Below, one piece after another: positions 49,614 to 59,756 of a stretch of DNA of 64,000 bases. Within the stretch, counting starts at the first letter, position 1. Every line of letters begins with the position of its first letter. This DNA is from Hyaloraphidium curvatum SAG 235-1 (Eukaryota; Fungi; Monoblepharomycota): assembly GCA_025558095.1 (NCBI GenBank), contig JAIVFI010000022.1, positions 372,001 to 436,000 on the forward strand, given 5' to 3'. The translations under genes and the position numbers were made by a program. A model generated the notes under the pieces. That model saw only the letters and a program-made list of their open reading frames with translations. It ran no database searches and was not told the origin of the DNA.

Positions 49614-50692
49614 ATGGCCGCCCGGGAAAAGCCGGCGCTGAAGGCAGTTGAAGAGGCGCTGGAGTCCTTGGTGGCCCTCGCAAATCCTCGGCCGAGGGAT
49701 GGGCGCTGGATTGCATACGTGCGCAAGTCGAAGGACGACAATGCGAACAACATCTCGCTGCAGGACCAGGAGGGACTGGTGCGGCGCTGGGCGGCGGACA
49801 ACAAGAGGGAGATAGTCGCTGTCTGTAGCGACGTCCTCAGCGGCACCTACCCGCGTGGTGACGGGAGGAAGCAGCGGCCCGGACTTGAGGAAGCATTCGG
49901 GAGGCTCTCTCGCGACGCAACGATCGTGGGCCTGGCCGTTGCCCGCGTGGATAGGCTCGGCAGGAACGCTGCTTTCATCCTGGCGGACGTGGAGGAGCTG
50001 AATCGCATGGGCAAGAACTTTGCCAGCGTCGAGTTTCAAGGACTTGTGCACGGGCCCTTGAATCCAACTTCCAACATGGCGTACATGTTTCTCGTACTAG
50101 GGGCCCTAACGGCGCACACTGAGCGCTCCTCTGTGAGTGCTCCGCGGGGCGACAGCAGCGTCAGCGCAGTCTCTGACCTCGCAGGCACCCACCTCTGCCT
50201 CGCAAGATTGCTGCGCGCACCGCCGACTCGGCGAAGCAGAGATCAACGCGCAACATCGGTCAGTCCAGGTTCTCACCCTTCGGGACCCGCTTCCGAGCTC
50301 GGTTCCCTGGAGGAGAGGTTCGCGAGGCGGTGGAGTCGGGTGAGCTCGCTGGCCGGGAGTACCACGGAACGAAGCGCGCACCGCTCGAGCTTGTGATCCA
50401 CGAGCCCGAGGCCGAGCAAGCTGCGATTCTTGCGCCTTACCTGACCAAGCTTGACGGGGAGCAAGACCCTCAGGAAGTGCGTCATGGGTCGTCGCCGGCA
50501 TTCTTGCTCGGTGTCCTACGGGAGCGAGGAAAGGACGTGGATCATCGCGCCAAAGGGGTTCAGCGAGGGTACCTGGATGCCTCCTCGCTTGCTCGCAATG
50601 TTGCAAAGGCCGTCAAGTACCTGACTGAGCGGGAGGGGAAGGAGAGGTTCGCGGAGCGCGTGCTGGCGGCGTGGAAGGGGCCGGGCATGTAG
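49614..50692 (+). CDS. Serine recombinase (resolvase/large serine recombinase-like), ~334 aa, one spliceosomal intron
   Basis: IAYVRKS (nucleophile Ser at 49728-49730), SLQDQ, DVLSG, RPGL, ARVDRLGRN. Removing intron 50133-50206 (GTGAGT...AAG, phase 0) restores ERSS|IAARTA...SPFG...LVIHEPEAE. Confidence 0.88.
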
Positions 50693-51579
50693 GAAGCGTC
50701 CAACGGAACGCAATTCGTTCTATTCTCCATCTTCAAATACCCATATCCCGGCCCTGTAACCCCGGCAGCCGCGTTCTGGCAGATGCAAAGAAGCTGATAC
50801 GCGCCCGTGCGGGTTCCCCCGTACGCAACAGGGTTGCGGCCTGTAGGACCTCTGGCAAACAAGAGGGCAATGCTTCTTTTGATTGCCGAACTTTCTCAAC
50901 GGTCCAATCTTGGCTTGTCGGAGGTAACGGCCAGGGGTGAGGGAGCAACGCGTCCGAAACAACGAAAGTGCCCCAGCTGTCGCCAGGAACCTCGGAGCCG
51001 CGATCCTTCTAGCCAACGGCATTGGCCAGCACCATGAAGGTCTGCTACCCCTGATTCCCTGGCCAGTCCTCCCCCAGCGGAGAGCGTGGGGGCCGACATC
51101 CAGCGCCGCGGCGGGGACCGGCAGCGAACCCCGTACAGCGGCCTCCAAGGGCGGATCCAGCCGCGCAATCCTAGAGAATATGTTCCTCGAGAGATGCTTG
51201 CGGCGCCGCCTGCCTCCAAATAGGCATGCGAAGCCGAGGAAGTGCCTCGGACTCGCCGCCACCGCGAAGGTCCACGGCCCGGCTCCACAAACAGCTCCAG
51301 GAAACAATGGGCCCGGCATCCCCGTAGAAAACAGCGTAGCCAAAGTTGCCGCCGAGCCAGCCGAGCTCGGCGAGGGGCATTCCACGAGGAACACCGCAGG
51401 GCCCCTCGAGGCCCGGGGTGCCGCTCACACACAAGGTCCCCGGCCGAGCGCGTCCGCCGCGCCCACCGGCACGTGCGGCGGTACTTGTTGCGACGCTGCG
51501 CGGGCCGGCGCGCGGCCGGGCGGAGAGTGGGACGCGCACGGGGTCGCCGACCTTGTCGGCCTATGAGGTGAACTGCCGC

Positions 51580-51655
51580 GTGACTTTTCGGAGCTATACG
51601 GTATAGCTCCAGAAAGTCACCTCTGCCAGCCGGCAGTATAGTTTTGAAAAGTCAC
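51580..51655. other. 41-bp palindrome plus an extra half-site, candidate recombination site
   Basis: GTGACTTTTCGGAGCTATAC-G-GTATAGCTCCAGAAAGTCAC (51580-51620, 18 of 20 arm positions pair); third half-site GTATAGTTTTGAAAAGTCAC at 51636-51655. Confidence 0.75.
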
Positions 51656-51746
51656 CCGTATTTTTGATAGCCGGGTTAGGCGCGCGCGCGGGGTGACCTG
51701 GGTGATCTAACGTGACATTTAAAACACACATATGTATGGGCAACAG

Positions 51747-52961
51747 GGTCGGCAGCTTCAAGCTTCTGGGGTACCAGCTCACGTCAACTGGGCGGAGCAA
51801 GGACCATGTGCATGGCAGGGAGTATAAGATGAACGCTGCTTATGGGCTCTGGCTCCGCGACATCAGGGAGCAGCCTGGGATGAGTCCTGACCTCCAGCTC
51901 AAGCTCTACAGCACAAAGGTCAAGGCAGTGGGCCAATATGGGAACCCGTTCATTGTTGAGATGCCGAAGGAGGAGTACCTTGCCGGGGAAAGCACCAGGG
52001 ACAAAGTGACATGCATGGCTCTTCGTGCCGTCACTCATCTGCCCAAGTCTACCTCCCTGGCCTGTCTGTATGCGATCACTGGCCAGTACCCCCTTGCAGT
52101 TCATGACCACGAGTCGGCACTCAAGTTCCTCATGCGCATCAAAACAGCGGATCCTGCACTGTGCCTACTTTACAAAGAGCTCAAGATCGAGGCACTGAAG
52201 GGGTCCTGGAACTGGGCTGCCTTCCTGAGGGAACTACTTGTATACTATGGCGGCGAAGATGGGAGGGAGCTGTGGGAGAAGGACACTTTCTCATGGCCCA
52301 AGGAGACTGTGGAGACTCTTGTGAAGGGCAAGTTCAGGGAGATCAATGCCCAGAGGCTCAAGGACAACGACAAACTGCACTTTTGGAGGATGTGTGACAT
52401 GATCTTGATCCGGGTGGAGAAGCACCGGAGGGATGTCCAAAAGTTGCTGTGCTCTACCCACGACCTGGAGGTGGAGACAGGCAGGCACCAAGGACTTGAG
52501 GTGCAGCAGAGAACGTGCAAGCATGACCCTGAGCACATTGGAGACGAACAACACTTTCTGTTTCACTGTTCAGCAAATGCGGAGCGGCGCCAGAAGCTGC
52601 AGACTAGATTGGAAGCACTAGGCCGCGAGTGGAACATGGAGACCTGGCTCTGGGCTCTTAGCATCAAGGAGTTCGAGCCCACGATCAAAGCAAGGCGGCA
52701 GAAGGAGAAGGCCCTCAACTCCATTGCCAGCTTCATCTCAAAGTCCATGAAGGACAGGAAAACTGGGAAAATGAAAAAGACACAAGACGACGATGAACTT
52801 TGCAATTAGCAGCAAACTCATGGTGTAACAGCGGCCAAGCCAGGGGCAGGTCCGGGTCACCAATACTATTCTTGAGGTCCGGGTCACCAATACTACTATT
52901 CTTGTAACAGCGGCCAAGCCAGGGGCAGGTCCGTCCGGGTCACCAATACTATTCTACTATT
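51747..52961 (+). mobile_element. 5'-truncated LINE, copy 2 of the same family, with a reiterated 3' end
   Basis: RVGSFKLLG (RT thumb) to HDLEVETGR...GDEQHFLFHC, stop 52809; near-identical to copy 1; possible TSD CAACAG at 51741-51746 and 52962-52967. Confidence 0.9.
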
Positions 52962-53009
52962 CAACAGCTTGACAGAGGAGGTATCCAAGGAATCATCAAC
53001 AGCACAGGA

Positions 53010-56000
53010 TCATCCTGCAGTGGCTTTAGCAACTGCCTCCTGTAGCTGCTTTGCTTGGTTGGAATCCAACGATGCTGTTAGTGCCTGAAACAGTTGCTGA
53101 TCCCTGTTTGAGAGATCTAGAGTGCCATCAGCGAACGTAACAGTAAGCAAGGATTTAGAACCCTCACCTAGGATCACGGTCGAGAAGACGTGGTAGGGAT
53201 CGACAGTATCCAACGGCGTCTCAAAGTAAACATCCTCCTCAAGTTCAGCATCATCCCAATCATAGTCATCAGCGTCTCCATCCTCCTCTGCTTGCTCCTC
53301 CTGTTTAGGCGGAAGACGAGGGAATCAGCAAGAGCAAAACACGACAGCGACCCCAACCACCTTGGAAGCCAGAAAATCAAGATACTCGTCTCCTTCATCC
53401 GCCACATCATCGTCTGAAAGGAACGGCATCAGTCACGGAATAGCCAAAATCAGGAGCAACCATACCGGATCCGGCGTCCACTTCCTCAACCTCATCCTCG
53501 TCATCTTCAGGCTCACTTTCAACCTCCCCATCTTCCTCGTCAGCATCCGATCCCTCCTCGTGGAGCTTCTTCAGGTGCTCACGCGCTACAGAACGGGTTA
53601 TCTCACGCGGAAGGGATCGCCAATACGGCCGTGTCTAACCTTCAACGGCGGCTGGCCACGTCTCGAAAAGCTTGGCAAAGGCGACGCCAAGTTGCGACCA
53701 TCCAGCCTTCAACACTGCTGGGATCTGCTCGACCGGACACGACAAGATGGCACAGAGTCCCAGTATGCAGAGGCGCTTGTCATGGACACTGTGTCAAGAA
53801 ATGAGCTTCCAAGTACTGGACATGCCCACGCCGAACCACCCACCGAACAAACTTGTCCAGGTTCTGGAGCCAAAGTGTGAAGAATGCTCCGGTCTGGCCT
53901 TGCTGCTCCAGCAAGTGTAGGGCAAGCGATGGGTTGTACAGCAGGCAGTTCACAACGACCTCGAGCAGGTGTACGAGGTAAGCATCCGACTTCGGCTCCC
54001 CATCGTTGAGGTAATTGCCGGCATAAGCAAGGAAGGTCTCAATCACCTGACCACGATGTGGTCAGTTCTGCGGGTAGGCCATCCTCATGGTCTCGTGCTC
54101 ACGTCATCGAGGTGCTGCTTTCCATGCAGCATCAGCGACTCCATAAGCTGGCAACCGCAGATGCGGTCTCCATCCGACAAGTGCTCCTCCGTCATAATCT
54201 AGGAGAGGAATCAGCAAAGACCAGGGAATCGTCGAGTGCACATCCCGCACCACATTGATAATCTCGAGCATCATTTTACGCAGTTCATGAGAGCCGAACA
54301 GGGTAGTGCTTCCGTGGGCGATAATGTTGTCGAGTACCGGGAGCACCTCTGGGAAGCGAGTGAGATTCCTTCCCATAGGCCACCCGCATAAGCCCACCTT
54401 CGATGTAATCGATTGAACTGTCTCGGATTGCCTGGAAAATGAGTTCGAATACTTGCCAAACGCCTTGGCTAACTGTTTTGGTGCAATGCGTGAGAGTGTC
54501 CACAATCTCGAAAGCATCATCGAAGTGATCTGGGTTCCACGGTCAGTCACTGCAGGTCCAAGTTGCATTCTCGAGGCATCAAGTACGAACCAACGAGCCG
54601 CTGCGATAGGATGTGGCTGACGAGAGGAACCACAACATGCTCGATCCGCGCAAGCACCTACGGAGGAAGAACGTTAGGAATGAACACCAGCAAAGGGTCC
54701 AAATGCCCACATCCTTGGAACTCTCTACGGAAACAATGAGGGTGGATATCGTCTTGAGGACACCCATAGCTGCCATGGTCTTCTCGTTGGCTTCGCTAAA
54801 GGCGTCATCGTCGTCGTTTTCGTCCAGGGCACGCGTGTCGGCCATGATGCGAAGGAACGTATCTCTCTGCCGGGGACGGGGTCAGATCGGAATGGGCAGC
54901 CAGACGCCTGAACGCACCAGCGACGTGCATAGTTCAACAGCAAACGGGGTAAGCTGTTCCGAGAACAGCTCGACCAGAGATTCCATCACCGAAATCAGCG
55001 TATCCATGTCGATTTCGTTCGTCAGCTTCAAGAGCTCTGTGCTGCCCGTCAGCGCGGTCCTCTTCTGGATTCGATTGCGGCAACATACCGTTCATGACGA
55101 GGGCGGCGTCGGGCGCCATAGCTGTTTGCACTGCAGGACACATGGCTAGTCTGCAGGTCATGCACGAAAGAGTGGTGGAAGCACGACTCACCGTCCTCGT
55201 GCTGAAGAAGCTGGGGCAGCGTCAAAGCTGCCGCCACCCGAACTGGGAGGTTCGCATCCTTGAGGCAACCAATGATGCCACGGTAAACGGCCATCACACC
55301 CTAGGAGTCGATGCGGATCAGGGCAATTAACAAAAGCAACAGTGCGAACGTCAGACCTCCCGGTTCTCAAACTCGTAGTCCCCGAGCTTCACAAAGATCT
55401 CACAGGCCTTGATGCACCAGGCGATTGTAGTTAGAGCACTGGTATCACAAACTGGTGACAAGACATACCCTCGATCTGAGGAAGGCGTGCGGGCTCTGGA
55501 GCTCCGGCAGCACGTGGTTGAAGGCAAACTCTTCGATGCTAAACTGCTGCTTCAATTCCTGCAGATGCGACGTCAGCAACTTGCCATGTCACGCAGGGGA
55601 CGAACGTACCTCATCCGCGAGGACGACATCCAAGACCGTTCCAACCATGTTCAGGGCCCCGTCCTTCCGACGAGCCATTTCTTCCGTCGGAGTTTGTGCG
55701 TAGCTGCGACTAGCACGTCAGATTCACTTCCCCCCACATCGCGCCGGACGTTACCTCTGAAGCACACCAGAAACAACCTCGAACATCTGCGCCAGCGTCG
55801 ACTTCCGATCGCGCACTAGCGTGACTAGCAAATTGGCAGCTGCATGTTCTGGGCTCTTGAAGTCCTCCATAGGATCTGCGAAGGCATAAGGATCGAAGAT
55901 ACGGAAGCGAGCCAAAAACCAACCAAGTTTCTTCCTGACAAACTCCACCGGGTTATCCTCCCAGAGCTCGGCATCCTCGCTGGAAAAGCAGAGCATCGGG

Positions 56001-57422
56001 AAAATGAAGTACGCAATAATGCTGGGAACCTCGGGCTTCATGAGCTTCCACGTCGACTTCAACTTGACGCTGGGTTCATTCCGGCTTTAGGCTTGCGCAA
56101 TCGGTCCCCGCAGCCAGGCGAGCCCCAACCTATCGGCATAGAACGTGGCGATGGAGTGCATTGCCCATTTCGAAAGCCAGATTTGCCCCGAGACGAGCGA
56201 GGCCGTTTGGCTCATGTACGTCCTCAGAATCAAGGGCGCAAAGTTCTCCACAAAGTTCTTGGCGAAGGCACCGTACTTCTTCTTGGTGTTCTCCAGGGTT
56301 GGGTTCCCGTAGCGGCTGAAGAGCCTGTTGAGGCAACGGTAGGCCCACTTCTTGGCCTTCCACAAAGGCGCCTTCTCCCGTTCGTCCAGATCCTCGGGCA
56401 TAGCGCTCGCCGGCGGCGGCAAAAGGATGGTCTTGATGAAAAGGTTGCCCCACGAAACCAGCCACGAACGGTCCTGCTGAGTCTTCGACAGCTCCGCCTA
56501 TTGGTAGAGTTTAGCGATGGCGGACGCCGGGAGGGAGCAGCGAGCAGGAACCTGGATGGATTGGAAGTAAGTCTTGATGACCAGCTTCAGCATTTCATGT
56601 GCATCTCTGGATTCCTCTTCGAGCAATTTGCTCCCGATCTTCTCCAGTTGTGGGAAGGTCGCCTTGATGATTTGGTTCAGGGGACCCCGCTTGCCTTCAG
56701 TCTTCCACCTGTCCCACGATCGACCCCGCGATGTCAATGGCCGCTTTGCTTCATGCCTGTCAGGAAGACACAGACCGATAAACGCTGACGACCCGCAGGG
56801 TGGCCAGCAGACCCATCCGGATTTGCTCAACACTTGTGCCCGCCAGACCCTCCCGCACGGCATCCATGAAGCCCGGCCAGCGGTCCGGAAAGTCGTTGTT
56901 GAGCATGCTCCCCACACACTCCGTGAGCTGCACCCTGAAAACCGGGCCCGTCATGGAGGGATCAAACGGAAGCCCAGACGTCCCACATCGCCGATCGGGG
57001 CGCCTTGGCCAGGACGGAAAGGATGTTCGCTCGCAAAATCTCCTTGTCATGATCAGCGATGACGTTGCTGGCGTCGTCTCTCCAGCACCGCGTAACCTTG
57101 TTCTTCAGGTAGATCGCCGCTGATCCGCTCGTCAACCGCCTGTCCACACTTCCGCCGGATCGCTGCCGACCGGACCTGCCTGCTTCACGGAAGGTTCCAC
57201 AGATGTCTCGGCGATGAGATGCAAAAGGACAGAAGGGAAGCCCGCGACGTTCTCGAGCTGGAAGGTGGTGGGCACTCTGAACCGTCAAAAGAACCTGCGT
57301 CCACGCACTTCCTTCAGATGCTGCTCCGCCGCGCTCCTAGCAGCCGGGTCGCCAAGATAAGTCGTTGCCAGGATTGCATGCACCTGGTGCGGATCCGGGG
57401 CGGCCGAAGCCGGGACCGCCAT
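53010..57422 (-). CDS. NMD5: Importin-7/8 family karyopherin (Nmd5/Sxm1-like)
   Basis: [74 protein letters not shown], acidic C-terminal loop; many introns. Confidence 0.9.
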
Positions 57423-57521
57423 TTTTGCGATTGTATGTTTGGCCTGCAGCGTCGCGGCGCGGCGGGCCTTTCGCAGATCTCGGCGGGCCCCGCGCCAGTC
57501 TTCCCAACCCGATACCCCAAG

Positions 57522-58704
57522 ATGTCGCGAGGATCTTCCGGTTCGCGTCTTCCTCCCTTTCTTCGCTGGCGCACATGCAGTTTCGCTCACCGCGCCGCGC
57601 ACCCTGGGCGTTCCTGTCGCGATCCGACGCGTCGATCCCAGCTGGTGGGTGTCTTGCGCGGCGTCTCATCGGAGCGCACACTGACGGGATCGCCCCGGGA
57701 ACGCGCAGGCTATGACCGACACATTACCATTTTCTCTCCCGAGGGCCGGTTGTACCAAGTCGGTGCGTGCTCGAGGGCCGGGGAGGGTGCCTCCGCCGGA
57801 AGCCAACCTACCCATCTAGAGTACGCGTTTAAGGCGATCTCCAGCGCGGGCATTACGTCCGTGGGAGTCAGGGGCCAGGACTGCGCGGTCGTGGTGACGC
57901 AAAAGAAAGTCCCCGTAGGCGCACGGACCGGCCGAACTCTCCCTTCGTACCTGAGCGCTTCGCGTTCTAGGACAAGCTCCTGGATCCCAGCTCTGTGACC
58001 CAGATCTTCCAGATCACTCCGTTTGTGGGCTGTGTCATGACTGGCATGATTGGTGGGCGCCGGACCGGAAAGCGCGCGGCTGGCTCTGGAGTGACGACGT
58101 TGGTCGCCCAGCCGACGGCCGCTCTCAAGTTACCCGCGCACGAATGGAGGCCGCCGAATGGCGCTATAAGTTCGGCTACGAGATCCCCACGGACATGCTT
58201 GCGAAGCGAATCGCCAATATCAACCAGGTGTACACCCAGCAGGCAGCGATGCGGCCACTCGGCGTCTGTGGGTTTGGCAGGCGGACCACCACGGATTCCG
58301 ATTCACCTGCCGCCTTCAGCCATGATACTGATTGGCCACGACGAGGAACGAGGGCCGCAGCTCTTCAAGTGCGACCCGGCGGGCTACTATGTCGGATACA
58401 AGGCGACCGCGGCTGGTGCGAAACAACAGGAGGCGCTGAATCACTTGGAGAAGAAGCTGAAGAAGGAGCCGTCGTTGAGCGAAGAGGAGGCCGTCGAGGT
58501 GCGGACTCGACCTTCCGATGCCTTTCGCGCCGCTCACGAACAGAACCCCAGCTTGCCATCACCACGTTGTCCACCATCCTTTCGATCGATTTCAAGCCGG
58601 GCGAACTGGAAGTGGGGCTGGTAACGAAGCAAGATTCGAAGTTCCGGACGCTTTCGACGGAGGAGATCGACGTGTACCTCGCCCGCATAAGCGAACGCGA
58701 CTGA
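57522..58704 (+). CDS. SCL1: 20S proteasome subunit alpha-1 (PSMA6)
   Basis: MSRGSS|[18 protein letters not shown]|EYAFKA, TQKKVP|[42 protein letters not shown]. Confidence 0.97.
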
Positions 58705-59756
58705 TCTCTATTAGAGGTCGCCCCTTCAACCAGCAGTCCACCAGGCACTACAGCAGTTTGATCCACAATCTGGACGGACCTTTTCAAAACCAAAGACCTC
58801 TAACACTTGCAAAGCGCTTCATTGCAGAACATCAACTGATCTGGCTTCGGAATACGGGAGGAAAAGATTGAGCACTCCTTGCTGCTACTGACACTCCTTG
58901 CCCAGCTTAAAACACAAGTAGGACAACAGCAACCAGTGGATAAATGTGTGCACAATTCCTGTCAGCTGCAGAGCATGCAAATGCGTCTGATGCACTTTGC
59001 ACAGAGAGATAGAACGAGCAATCGTGTTTTCACAGGCCTAACTGACGGCAAGAATGAAGAACTGACTAATATACTATCCGCCACTGCAGGGGTTTTGACT
59101 GCCGTTGCATGCAGATTACATTGTGTCTAAAGGCAAGTTAGCCGCAGAGCTCTACATCTAGATCCACATCTTCATTCATTTAGATACGTTTGGGTGGAAA
59201 TTAAAGCTTTCCGTCCTCCATCGTGCCTACGCCGCCGCCGATTTTCTGGCCCTGCCGCAGTAGGTAGGGAGGGCGGGGTGAGCTACAGCCGAGGGGTGCC
59301 GCCGGTGCCGCCGACCTCCCACCCCTCCCGGCACGTCTCCCGCGCCCGCCCCGCCCGCGCAGCGCAATGGAGCGCGTCCTCCGAGCCACGTCGGGGGTCT
59401 GCGTGCCTCGGACGCGGTCGGTCTGGGGGGGCTGCCCCTCGGGGTTTTGGGCGTGCGCACCGCCCTCCTCCACACGCCCGCAACGCTCCCCGGCCACCAC
59501 AACGGGCAGTGGGTATTTTTGAAATCTGACACCACTTTTGGCGTGGAACCGACCCCCTGCGGTCACGTTCCGGGGTCGTCCGGGCCCGTACGATGCGTTG
59601 CGGCCGAGAAATGGGCGATGTCCGAAACCCCGAGCTACCATGGACACGGTTGGAATCGCAGCGACGGGGACGCACCACCGTTTCGCCGGCACAAGTTAGA
59701 GTCAGTGTCCGTTCGCGCACCAATGTAGAGTCACAGCGGTGCCAGCTAGGACCATT

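Larger units (their letters stand above)
45579..51737 (+). mobile_element. Crypton-like DNA element carrying both a tyrosine recombinase and a serine recombinase
   Basis: Two co-oriented recombinase genes between imperfect inverted ends (ATACA-N11-TAAAGGTCAC at 45580-45605 versus GTGACATTTA-N11-TGTAT at 51712-51737) with clustered GTCAC/ATCAC iterons; exact boundaries inferred. Confidence 0.72.

Noticed and set aside
49614-50692. Bacterial contamination as the source of the serine recombinase
   Set aside because: The frame is restored by a GTGAGT...AG intron of host-like size, the gene is contiguous with an intron-containing Crypton gene and fungal TEs, and no operon context is visible.
50860-51010. 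Possible TnpB/Fanzor remnant downstream of the serine recombinase (EGNASFDCRT and KCPSCRQEPRSRD loosely resemble the zinc ribbon and RuvC-III region), which would make this an IS607-like element
   Set aside because: The two motifs are in different frames, and the plausible 45-nt intron does not join them. No RuvC-I/II motifs are visible, there is too little space upstream, and the recombinase lacks the IS607 N-terminal HTH. An HMM search would settle it.
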